In this document: positions 40,296 through 53,000 of the stretch, one piece after another
How positions within the stretch are numbered: position 1 is the stretch's first letter
Layout of the letters: every line of letters begins with the position of its first letter
Source: Trichoplax sp. H2
Taxonomy: Eukaryota
Length of the DNA: 64,000 nucleotides
Direction of reading: 5' to 3'
Assembly (NCBI GenBank): GCA_003344405.1
Contig: NOWV01000012.1
Coordinates: 620,001-684,000 of the forward strand
The notes under the pieces: model-generated
What the model was told of the DNA's origin: nothing
The model's input: the letters and a program-made list of their open reading frames with translations, nothing else
The model's database searches: none
Translations under genes and position numbers: made by a program

Positions 40296-43200
40296 ATGTC
40301 CACCATCGAAATTCAAGGAGAAGGTTCGGAATCTGAAGAAGAAATTGCAATCTCCCAACAACTCCATAGCTGCTCTAATACACAAAGCACTGTCAACCCA
40401 ATTTCAAGCCATGGAACGATCGTAGCTGGGGAAGCATCGGAATCAGAGGACGATCAATACCCTAACGTTCAGCCAGCCCAAACTGTTCATCCGCAAAAAC
40501 CCAGGTACAGTACAAATACAACCTAAATGATTCGTCCTGCTCATTCTTCTACTCTAGTACTGTATTACTGTGCTGTATTTGGGGCTGTAAAGATACCAAG
40601 AAGTTAATCGACACTGCTATTGGACTATTTCATGAGTTTGCATTATATGCATAATTCAACTGTTAGACATTTTATTGATAGTAATGCTAAGTCAAGGCTA
40701 TCATAATCCAAGCTAAATGCTACAAGCTATAGACTGTAATCGAGGAATTCGAAATTAATCAATAACGCCAGGGAGGGAGAGACTACTCCCAAGAAATAGG
40801 TATAAATGGGTACTTTATTCCAATTTTACTGATGAAATATTACTAAGCAATGCTTGAAATTGACTGGCATTGAAATCGAAAGACAACAGGTATACCGTAC
40901 AATATCGTAATACGAACTCTTGTACATTTCTTATAAGATCTTCTACCCACCCATTGCCCCCAAAATATTTGTTGTCGTTGTACAATATCACAGTGCGTTG
41001 GCAATGATCAGTTACGAAATAGAAGTATAGTATACTTCATTCATTGAAATGATGATAGTCATTCTGTAAGTGATCTTACACTATTGTAATAACTGGCAGT
41101 GTAAAATAATCTCTTGCAGTCAATCTCTAGTTGCTTCCACATAAACTGGACTATCGCAAGATATCAATATGCAAAGGACACCAATTGCGCAACATTATAC
41201 CCGTACATTACAAGTGACAACAAAAAATTGATTACTGCATAAGGTGAATCTACCAAAATTACATAAAAATGGCAACACCAATAAAGCATGAACAGGTGTA
41301 CAGTATGTGGTAGACGTGTATGGTGAAAAAGTGCATGAATGGATACAGTAGTTGAATTCTCTTACCATACGTTTAGATCCTACGTGTCTTCTCTGCACCT
41401 ATATTGAGATATTTGCTGTGGACGTCATAAAACTCGACTGACTGTCAATAGTTGAAACGATCATGAGGCTTATTTAGACCTATCTACTCAAAAATTCTAC
41501 CTTTATAAGAAGTTAATGCTATGAAGATAAAATACAATACGCCACAATAGCAATTATATAGGCAAGAGTTTAGACAGACCTCATGAATTCAAGTACATCT
41601 AGATCACCAAGACCAATTTCCTTTTTTTGGTGAATGAAATCGCTCTTTGAAATCAGTGCATTTTAAATACACTACAGTATCATTCATTGTACGTAAAATA
41701 CCGTCGTACTGTACTGTACTGTACGGGTACGGCTGTACAGTACTTACCATTGTCTTCAGTACAAAGTATTGTACTCTACAGTACTGTACAACACGGCACA
41801 GTATTCGTGATTACAGTACCAACGAGTACAGTACTGTACACATCTGCCCAGTAAGAATATGAGCTTTGCCAATGGTAGCCATTTGCATCTTGTCTCAATT
41901 CAAGATAGAAGACAATCAGTGAATGGAGATTGGAGATCAAATACTGAGTCAAATTAAGAAGTTAAAATGGATTGTAAATGTATGAGCAGGGGTGCAGTAC
42001 TAGGCACTTTGGAGAAAAATTGAAACTACTTGAAGAGCATTTTACTCATAGTAAAAGTCCTTGACAGTAGTGTACCGGCTTGTAGTCTAAAAAGTACTAC
42101 ATTCATCATTTTCATGTTTAGCATTGACTGTGTACAGTATTGTATTTGTTTATTTATTAAGAGAAAAAAACAAAAACAGGAGTATTATACAGCAGTCAAC
42201 TAATAGATCATTTTAGAGTACAGTTCAGCCATGGACTACTCCAGGTAATTCAGTAGTCTATGGTTCAGCTAACTTCAGTATTACAGTATGGACTGATTAG
42301 ATTAGAATTATTGATCTGTTTTATTGACATTTTGACGCTGTCTGCCATAGTCTCCATACTCAATGGTCACCCACTGTCTTAATAATAAACTACTAGTCGA
42401 CGTATGATACAATGCTCTGCCCCAAAGACTGATGCATTCTGCACTCGATGGCCGCTCAGTTTTTACAACATTGAGATCAAATCTATAGGCAGCAAACAAC
42501 AAGAAACCAACAAGTGGTTTAATGGTTGATCAGAAGAGGTATCTTCTTTTACCTCTAGATAGTACTCAGACCTTTAAAGCTTTAACACTACATTTGTACA
42601 ACATAGTATCCCGCCAGATTGAAATCCTGGATTGTACGCTGAATCAGGAACTTCTTAAAAAGTCCCTGGTTGAACGTAATATGTGGTCAAGTGGTATTCG
42701 TTGCCTAGTATTCTTATGATTACAACTGTGGCGACATCGCATACACTTGCTAGCATGCCTGGGGTAATGATACATTCTTGCTCTAAATAAGTCATCATTA
42801 AATTCGTCAACATCTCGTATGACTGCCAGTAATCATAGTATTATTTCTGAACAAAATAGAAATAATCACATCTCTAAGGAGGTTGTCTTACTACTATACA
42901 GTGACTTTTGAAAGAACACAGGACGAATTATAGTGTCCTATTCTAGTGGACGTATATCAGAATTCAAACAGAGTATGATGCTATAGGTCATCCAGTTCGA
43001 GCCCTTGGTGGCACATACCGTATATGCTTTATTTATTTAAAAAAATACCTGTTAATTATAATTAACTCTCCATCGACAATAGTATTTTTGCAGACTTATA
43101 AAAATAGCGACTACACTTGATGCCAAGACAAAGGACTGCAATGCTTACTGTTAATAAATAAATAAAACAACTATAAAAACATAACAATTTTGTTGTATGA

Positions 43201-44512
43201 ACCATATTCTATAGCCAAATATTTCAGTTAACTTAGCTAGAATAGTACAATACGTTGAGACAGTATTGCAAAATTTTTCCTAGTTCTTACGTTAGACATA
43301 AAAGGAAAATCGGCAAAGACAGGATACACGCACATAGCCGTATACCATGTTACAATGTTTGACCCGAGATAAATTAATTTTTGATGACCCAATAGACCGC
43401 TAATTTACGTACGACCTCTAGTGTTAATCTTAGTGTCATTGATCAATGAGAGTATACGTGCTTGCTTTAATCTTTTACTTAATTATGCATTGCATGAATA
43501 AGTAATTATCAACTAAAGCTAATCAAATGTTAATTATATTAGTTTTAAATGTTGATAAATCGAACTATTTAAAAAATGTGCATAGTAAAGCTAGTTGTCA
43601 AATTGCTCAAGGGTACAGACCTCAGTATAGATTTTAACTTATGACAGGATAAAACCGCATTTGGACTTGTAATCAATATAAAAATATCGTCAGGTAGGAT
43701 AGCCACATCAAAAGTATTTCTTTTATCATCTTTCCATTAGATTAACAGCGGATACTGACCAGCAGTCAAAATCAACAATTTCCAATGATAACACTGTATC
43801 CAATGAACCGATCTCGCCTGCGTCAGAACTTTCTGAAACTCAATCTACCCAGAAACAAGAAAAGACAGTCCGTTCAGGAGAGAAATACGACACGTATGTA
43901 TTACAAATACTTGTAACTTATTCACTTCTTGTTGTGTGCAATCGGAACTGAGAAGATATGGATACGAGTATGTACTGTATTAGCTTTCTACTGCATATAG
44001 TATACTATGTTGAATGGGCTATATTTAATTATTAAGCGTTATAATCAATTATTTTATAATAAATTATTGCTATCTCTCTAATCTTTAGGTTACTACACCG
44101 TAAATTACGTAAGTAGAAGAAAATATAATCTACGATTGTATCTAAATAAAGCAGTAAGAAACGAAGTGAGCTAATATCGATCTGATAAAATATTTATTAT
44201 TTAGGCGAAAAAAATTTACAGTTACGAAATGAAATTAACGCCAGAATTACTGATATGTATAGTAACGCAAATTATAAATTAGAAGATACGGTTAATCAAA
44301 TATGTAAAACTCAATCAGTTCTACAGGTAATAAAATTTCACTTTATTAATCTCTCTAGAAGTTAAATCTAGTAATATGTTCTACATGTGCTCTTTTCTTC
44401 GTGTTAGGATATATCTCAAACTGTACATACTCTAAAAGATGATGCTGTAAGGGTTAATAACGCCGTGGATATTCAATTCTTTCAAAGCTTTTTGCCGGAT
44501 GTTAAAATTTAA
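40296..44512 (+). CDS. BLOC1S3: BLOC-1 subunit 3 (exons 40296-40504, 43741-43893, 44089-44108, 44205-44326, 44408-44512; 202 aa)
   Basis: N-terminal IQGEGSESEEE / VAGEASESEDD motifs; C-terminal coiled coil KYDTLLHRKLREKNLQLRNEI...FLPDVKI*. All splice phases are compatible with GT-AG. Confidence 0.85.
42230..42262. mobile_element. 33-bp mini-element of the CATRGACTAC family with exact 7-bp target duplication
   Basis: gttcagc|CATGGACTACT ccaggtaattc AGTAGTCTATG|gttcagc. Confidence 0.7.
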
Positions 44513-45166
44513 ATCTTACTACTACGCGCCTGTCATAAGCGAGAATACGAGATCAGGATATATACCATCAATTTAGAGTCCTAACTATAAGTTATGCTGG
44601 AACAAGCTTCAAGAAGGATTCAGTACGACTTCTTGCTATGCGTAATTTTAAATAGATAATTAATTTAAGAGTGTACATATACTGTAGTAAGATAGTTTCA
44701 ATAGTAACATTACCTTCTCACTCGATATAAATACTAGTTAGGTGAGGAAGCCATTAATATAGATGATCATTTTGAACCATTAATCTGTACAATTAAGCCA
44801 TTATTGCATTATATACTAGTAGTAGAACATTGCGTTCTGTTGGAACTCTAAAGTGAAGCATACATAGTTTTATTTTAGCTGGCGACTGTAGGTAATACTA
44901 TAGTAATCATCATTCTAATGCAAGTTAATGTACAATGTGTACTATTTTTAGCGGCAAGGGTAAGTTATCATTTTTATTCGAATTACTAGCTAAATAAATA
45001 AGTTTTGTTAAAATACAATTGGTAATGTTGCATAACATTATTACAGAATTTAATAAAGATAAATTATAACTTTAACTTATCGCAAAAATTGCATAAGTAA
45101 TTCTAAAATGATTCATTTCAATCGTAGATTCCTATAATTTCAAGACATTAGGCTTTTCTAGTTACA

Positions 45167-46330
45167 TTAAACCAATTTTAATAGTAATGTAAAGTATAAC
45201 ACTGTTTGATAAAATAAAGCAAAGACAAGCAATATCGGAACAAATGTATATAGGCCTATGATTACCATAATTAACATCAGCACTTCTAAAATGAAAATTG
45301 TCAAGGTATTACATGCAAATGCAACATCCTCTTTATTAATGTCGAGATTGTTTTCTGCTATGTAAGCTTTTTGTTCCCTCATTGCCAACGCAGCAGCTGT
45401 AGCAACGATTGTGAGACTAGCAATTATAGGCAGGATAATAAATAGTACATATAAGCCAGTAGATAAAGTTGGATCGATTGATGTCGATTGATGGTATGTC
45501 CAGCCAATGATACAAACGGGCACACTAGTGATAGCGGTTAAGCCAAGAGATTCAAAGATGTATAATACTACCGTTTTCGCAGCACTATTACCCTGATCAT
45601 TACTATTAACATCGCCTTCATCATAATGCAGCTGAAATCCAAGTAGTCTTAACGAGGTCGCATAACCAATCATTAGCATAAGTACGACCTTTGCTAGCAA
45701 ATCGAAATCAAAGCCATAGACCGCTAACAAATTAGAGCATACAGTATTATTACTAATATAATTAACTCGGCATTGGAGGCATCTTAGTCCCATGGGCATA
45801 TTTTCTAAATGTCTTAAAGCAATAGTTAAACAAGTCAGTGGAACTGACTGTAATAACATTGGTTGAGGTATTGATATTAAAGCTGCTAATCGAAAGACTT
45901 TGGAATCGTACAATTGCGATGTGTAAATGATTAATGCCGAGCATCGTATAAATAGGAAAAAATTGACAATCATGGTAATGCTAAAGATAAAAATATATGT
46001 TACGTATACGCCTTCGTATTCATGCAGTAAAATTGAAATGCGATATATGCCACAACATCGAGAGTGACCAGATTGGCTACATGGTGAAGTATTATAAAAA
46101 TGACCATTTGTATCTTCCAATCGATGAAGAAAATTGTTGAAAAGAGTCGATTGAGAAAGAATTCTACCGTTGATAATTGTATCCGTTAAAACCAGACAAA
46201 TGAAAAGAAAATTCCACAGCCTAATTTGGTTTTTATACCGCTGAGTATTACTTATTTTGGTCGATAAATCTCTCAAGATTCGAAAAAACTTGCCGCAGCT
46301 ATTTTCCACACGATCGACTAAAACTGCCAT
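45167..46330 (-). CDS. Uncharacterised intronless multi-pass membrane protein (387 aa)
   Basis: Long ATG-initiated ORF in AT-rich DNA with about 7-8 hydrophobic segments and Cys-rich loops. No family motif recognised. Confidence 0.8.
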   Translation of the reverse strand: MAVLVDRVENSCGKFFRILRDLSTKISNTQRYKNQIRLWNFLFICLVLTDTIINGRILSQSTLFNNFLHRLEDTNGHFYNTSPCSQSGHSRCCGIYRISILLHEYEGVYVTYIFIFSITMIVNFFLFIRCSALIIYTSQLYDSKVFRLAALISIPQPMLLQSVPLTCLTIALRHLENMPMGLRCLQCRVNYISNNTVCSNLLAVYGFDFDLLAKVVLMLMIGYATSLRLLGFQLHYDEGDVNSNDQGNSAAKTVVLYIFESLGLTAITSVPVCIIGWTYHQSTSIDPTLSTGLYVLFIILPIIASLTIVATAAALAMREQKAYIAENNLDINKEDVAFACNTLTIFILEVLMLIMVIIGLYTFVPILLVFALFYQTVLYFTLLLKLV

Positions 46331-47626
46331 ATTGGACTGTACACTAGTTAGTACATAACGTTATTTACATTACGCCAGTTTTAGAGTGGGTTTTAATGGC
46401 ATCCCCTTCAAGATACAATGAATGCAAGTAGAGAAAAGTGATCAGACGAATACTGGTATCTACCCAAATTTTACTTTATCGTAGATCGTAGAAATGGTAT
46501 TCCAAGTCATATCTGTGTCCAATATTACAGCCAATACCTCGTACTGTATGATGCATACCTTCAGTACTTGTGGTATGAATCATGAATGGACAAGATTGTA
46601 TCTATATGTTAATAGATACTACTATGTACATTACTGGATGATGTCCAGTTTTTGTCAACTCACAGCCCAGGCATCAATATGGTTCTAATTAATTCAATCA
46701 ATATTGCATCGTGATCATTTTGTTGAAATGATAGAGGTCACAAGAAACCACCTCTACGGTTATAAAACTCGTGTTTGCTGATCACCGTAAATCTACAGTA
46801 CTGTACACCAGATTTACAATGTGAGTGAGCTTGTAGCCATAGAGACCGAGGAAGAAGTAAAGTACCGTCTGGCGTCGATTTTTTCCCCCCCTCCATTTTT
46901 AACAGCTCTCCATTAGGAGATACCTAATGGAATCGTTCAATGGAGTAAAAACGCCACCCGAACCCGATGAAATGGTTGATCTTCTAACCCGAAATAAGTG
47001 CAATTGCTATACAACCACTCCATCACCATGGAAATTCTTCACCCGAATCTCCCCTCGAGTCGAATTCATGTCGCGGTTTCACGTTGACTTTTTCTTGACT
47101 GATACCTAGTACTGTCTATGATTGGATTACTCGATGCACCTATTACCTCATAGTACTGATGTTGTATCATGATCAGGGCTATGAATAATAATAATAGCAT
47201 GTTTTAATCCAAAGGATTCGGAGTTTCCTTTGAATAGTACTTCAAAATAATCCAACATTTAGCTTCCAAATGTCATTAAAGACCTACCGAGTGCTGCGCT
47301 AATTTGATAGAATAGTAGAAAGACCCCCAAAACGATAGGATAGGGCCTCCAAGTTGTACTCATTCTAGTACGGTACAGTACGCGATGTTATCCAATGACG
47401 TCATTGTTGTCCAACAGTATTGTACCGTTATAACAAAATAAAATGAAGCATTTGGCAATCGAGTCAAAGCGCTATCCACTGTTCCGCGTATACATCGCCA
47501 TTCCATATAGATTGACTAGCATGGGACTCGAGAGAAAATAGACAATATCATCCAACGACTGGATAGTGGCAACACCTTTCTTCTTCTCCAAATCCACTAT
47601 CCAAATCGTCCAACATAGCAACAGCA

Positions 47627-50090
47627 ATGATCGATTCTTCAAGTGCCAGTGCTTCAGTCATCATTGGAAATGTTAGCCGTCCAAAAAGTCAAAAATCCGT
47701 GGCTGATGCCTATTTGTGTGCTTTCCCTCTTGGTTTTTTAGGGTTACATCGATTCTATCTTGGTCAACCACTCTTAGGATTGGCATATTTATTCTCGGGG
47801 GGATTTTTCGGCGTGGGTTGGTTGCACGATATGCTCATGATGCCTAAAATTGTCCAACGAGTCAATCATCGGCTGGCTAATCCTCAAATTAGCAAGGAAT
47901 TTAGTTTACTTGAAGCTTACGTACTTTGTTTGAATCCTGGTGGCTTACTTTTTGGATTGCATCAATTTTATCTTGGAAGGTACAGTATACAGCATAGCGC
48001 ACCAGTTTTATTGTATTGGCTACTGCCGATACGATTTATACTAGTTTGAGCTTTGCATGCCCTTGCGGTCATTAATTAACCTAGCTCTTTAAATTAAAAT
48101 ACCATCAACAACAATACAACAGCTGCAGATCATGGTCAATTTTGTTATCATTATTTCGATATCGTGTACTACTCTACTGAGCTACATCATAGTAAACAGG
48201 AACAAGCTATTCGTTCAATTTAAATGACTGATTGAAATCGCTTTATCATCAGATTATACAATATACTGTACTTTAGTCATACTCGTACACTATTTTACAG
48301 TAATACATCCAATTCGTATTCATTTTCCTTTTAATGAACAACTTGTTATAGTAGTGCACACTCAATTTACTGAATCGATTTGTTCTAATCATATTGTTGT
48401 CGTATAACTTTAGTGTAAACCTATTTTGCTATGCTATGTAAGCGAGCATACACTTACAATTATAAAACATGTAAATCAATGTTTAGAAGTTCAATATGTC
48501 CAATGATGATGACATCCATGCGAGATAAAACATTCAAAGATGGACGGGAGGGGGTACTTCCATATCATTAATGTAGATGATGAACAGTTACATAGTTATC
48601 AATTGCAATATGCAATAGATCGTATTAGTGGGCCTACTAAAATACGATTAAATGTAGTGCAGGAGTTTATATAATAATACTTTTGCGAATGAACTGGAGT
48701 ATATCAAATTACCATTAACTTCTAGAAGTCCATGAAATTACTCACAGTTGATTTATTAAACCTAGAGGAGCTACAATACCTATAACAAATAATCTACTGT
48801 ATATTCGTATTGCCTTAGACCGTACGTAGGTAGAAAGCTGATCGCATACATGAGTCAGTTTTTTAGATATTACATCAAATTTTTAACGTATATACTATAT
48901 GTATTGCAATCTAGAGCTATAGCCTATAATTAAAGTAGGTCGAAAATAACCATCATTACTTTGGATCAGTACCCAACCTATAAAAAATATATCTGTTACT
49001 GTTACTTATTCTTTAAAATCTTAAATATTACTGTATAAATTACATCATGTAGGACAGTACCTACAAGTGTACGCACAATTTATTGTACTGTATATTTCCA
49101 TTGCTATGCTTACAGTTTACATACATATACGTATACGACTCTATTGTAACTGTTATTATAAAGATCAAAACTGGAAACAGATGCAATATCAAATTAAGTA
49201 GTGTTGAAGGAAGTAATTGTTGTAGATAGCATTACTTATACCCTAACAATATCTGCTTTCAATTTCATAGGAAAGGATTTGGGACAGCGTACTGTTTCAC
49301 GGCCAGTTTTGCCACTATAGGATGGTTTTTAGATATCTTCAGAATGCCGCTATTGGTAGCAGATGCTAGGCAACGTGTACACGAATCAGAAGAATCTCCC
49401 GTCGCTACTATGAAGAAACGACCAAAGAGACTAGACGATGCATATGTTATGTGGGTTTTTGGATTTTTAGGTGTCCATCATTTCTATCTTGGAAATATTG
49501 GTTTTGGTTTTGCTTATTTGTTCACCATAGGGATGGGGGGAGTTGGTTGGCTAGTTGATTTTTTCCGCATGCCTGTGCTGGTCAGAAGAGCTAATACACA
49601 TCCTCCAAGTCCTTTCAAGCATCTAGATAGTGCTTACGTCTTAACTTTCCCGTTAGGCTTTCTTGGATTGCAGCACTTTTATCTAGGCAAACCGGGCTTA
49701 GGTCTTACCTACTTATTGACGTTTGGGTTAGTTGGCATTGGATTTTTGGCCGATATTATCCGTATGCCATTCGTGGTCCGCGAAATCAATGAATCAATCG
49801 CCGCTGACCAATTGATTACTGTTACAGTTGACGAAAATACCGAGAACCAAAGCGTTAATTCTAACATAAATTCTCTTCAGGCTACCAATATACCCTATCA
49901 ATCACCGCAACCACCAACTGATTTACCTAATGAACAAGCTAAATCTCTGTTAATTACCGAAACTAGTGCAGATACGATTAACGCTGCAGCTGCTCCGCCA
50001 CAACATCATTTGCCTGAGCCTTATGGCCCACCTCCAACATATCAATCCATTGTTGATGACAATACTCCCGAAATTTCCCGTAGAAAATAG
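47627..50090 (+). CDS. 4xTM2-domain membrane protein, paralog C (exons 47627-47979, 49271-50090; ~390 aa)
   Basis: Same four TM2 repeats and same phase-2 intron (AG|gtacag...catag|G). Tail contains PPPTYQSI. Confidence 0.9.
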
Positions 50091-53000
50091 TACACTTGAA
50101 TTAGCACTAGCAATGCCTGCGAATGAGTTTTTATACAAATCTGATTACGAAAAATAATTCAATATTATACCATAAAAACTTAAAAACTCAGTCAATTAAA
50201 GATAATTACTCCGTTCTTAAATTAGATTATTAATAAATAATATAAATCCTTTATGTACAGTACAATATTTTGACTTTTTTACTCCTTAAAAAACTTGTAA
50301 AGTAACATAGAAGGCTATGCTTCTCTTTTACGTTTATCAATCTTTCCAACGTGAAGCTCAATAGCTATATAATACTCGTATACAGTATCATCGTAATATG
50401 ATAGCTGGAAATATTAATAATACTGGATAGGCTCGTCTTTCAATGATGATCAAATTGCTTAATGTTAATTCCAAAAATTTAAAAATTCTCAAGTTATGAA
50501 ATAGGACAGACTGACGTTATCTATATAGCGCTATAAAAATTAACATTTAAAAGCCTTAGGTGTAGAAATAATCTTGATGGCTATGGATTTTGCTAAGTTA
50601 TCTGATTGTAAACCTTACTTTTTAATTGAACTTATAAGATGGACAATTGGACATGGTCTGTCAAAGTTATTCATTAATGTTTTCTGCTATTAATATAAAG
50701 TCGCATTTCAATTATTAATAAGCATTAAACCTGACTTATGCGAGTATTCGATGCTACAATTTTCTAGTTGAAACACCATTTCATAAATGAGTAATGTAGA
50801 ATACAGCGTATTTACGCCAGTTAATTATATCATTCTCATATTTTATGTACTTTGTTCACAGCTAGTAAAAACAGGGTGGAATTAACGATAAAAATTTATT
50901 TCATAAATAGCACTATTAATTACGAATTGAACTGCATTAATAAAATACTGTCACTAATAGCAAAACAACACTATGAGACGGGATAGTGATGGCTAATCGT
51001 TATAAATCAAAAGGCGAATCGCTGATGAATAAACAAAACTTAAGCATGACTCATAATTCCTAATTAAGATAATCACTGTTTGATTGATTGATTAAATATC
51101 TTGACAGCAAATACTGAAAGGTCTTGTCTAGTTCGTGTGATAACTGGTTTGGTTAATTAGCGGAATGATGATGATTTGTACCGGATAGTAAATAAATAGG
51201 GATATTTGTTAGTAACATTCATCATCTTTTAGTCTACTTTTTATGCAAATTGGTTCTGAAATGCAAACATGTCTAGCACCCTCTCTAATAGCAAAAATAG
51301 CTAGTCAATGGGTGTTTCTCTAAAGCTCTAGTTGTTGCATCAACATTATCATTACATCGTCTACCATAAACTTTTACTTTCTTTTTAGGTAGATTTTACT
51401 ATTGATCGATAGACTCTGAAAGGGTTTAAATTAGATTAAGGCATTAACTCATAACAGATAAAAATTCTGGATGATACATTACTAAGGTTATAATGTATCT
51501 GGATAAATATTCCCTTATGGATATTGACAGAACTTGGACGGAAAAATTAAATGAATTTATCTTATGCTATCAATACGAAGTTATTTTATACTATCTAGAA
51601 GGAGTTATAACGATCTCTTAAGTGTTCATTTCGACTTCGGAAATAGTTAAATTGTTGTATCATAACTAGGACTTTTAACTGTATACAAATAACTTTAAAC
51701 CAATAAAAAAGGAAAACCAAAATCTGTTTGGCTATCTTTTCAACCCATTTTATACGACGACTGATTAGAATTAGTACTTTATTCGATGGAATAGTACCGT
51801 AGTAACAATACGGCTACAGTAGTACTGTAGTTGTTACAATAGTAATGAGTAATAGAAATTTAATTATTTGTTTATTCATTCATTCCATATCACTATTCTT
51901 TTTTCAAACAATGATAACTTTAACGTTATTCTAGATAAGATTTCTTGAACTTGAGATACTACAGTGATATGTACAAAGTTAATCTCGATATTAAAAATAT
52001 ATGAAAATGAAAAATCGATTTAATATTGGAGAGAACGGTGACAAAACATGATTAATATGACAAAATAACCCGTGTTAGTAATAATTCTCTTAAATTCTAG
52101 ACATTAATTTGTGCCTTTAAATTACGCTAAAGTATCGCTTGCTATCAGTTGAAATAAGGAGTAACGAAATGCAATTATCATGGAAGAATAGGATACTTAT
52201 CAAGTTGCATAATCGTATTGTACTAAAATCTTTAAACCGTCTGTTTGGATGACAGATAATAGAATATGGCATTATGAATTGATTGATTTGGAACAATTTT
52301 TTATTAACCTTACAATTACACAGAATATGAACTGTTAACAATCTTATTATTATAAATAGCAAATATAATATTAGGTAACTAATTAGATTGATTGTATCGT
52401 ATCAGTGAAAGCAAAGAATTCATTTTCAAATGGTTAAGATAAAGAAAAGCTGTTATTAACAAATAAATCGGATACTTAAAAATTATAATTATTATTGATA
52501 CATACTATTTAATGAATTAAGATTTATTACTGACACAAATAATTGCTTTATCGTTTTCAATTTACAGCGATTATGCTAATAACTTTGAGAATAATATTTA
52601 TATTAACAAAATAATTAGCCAACAAATTTAATTATCTGTTTAGTCGGTTGATCAGCATAACAAAAATTACAGCAATCATCAAGCTCCAATTAAATTTTTT
52701 AACCTAACTTTTAAGAAGATAACATTAAAATGGAGATCTCAATCTATTGTCATGTACAGTATTTAGCCCACTCTTTTTCCTTTCTGTTCTCTTTTCATGT
52801 AACTCTGCTGTATATATACGCATTCTATAAAAAGATAATATGAACATTGGGGATATCTTCATTTAGTCAACTTGATTACCAAGTGTTATTGTCTCAGCAC
52901 ACCTGTGTTGGTTACAGAAATCATTTAAAGATATTCTCAATCATTCCCGTTCTTATAGAATACTCTCCTCATCTAACCGTAACCGTAAGTGTTAAAACTA

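Noticed and set aside
39584-40385. Several overlapping Tyr/Cys/Thr/Val-rich ORFs
   Set aside because: By-products of the stop-poor TACAG/TACTG arrays.
42933-43014. tRNA-like stretch with GTTCGAGCCC
   Set aside because: Could not fold a proper T-stem, anticodon stem or 7-bp acceptor stem.
46927-47109. GC-richer 60-aa ORF with a small hairpin nearby
   Set aside because: Short, no motif, no terminal repeats or target duplication found.
6243-50090. ADAM10-like and TM2 genes as a Notch-processing gene cluster
   Set aside because: They are separated by unrelated housekeeping genes, and animal gene adjacency is weak evidence of shared function.
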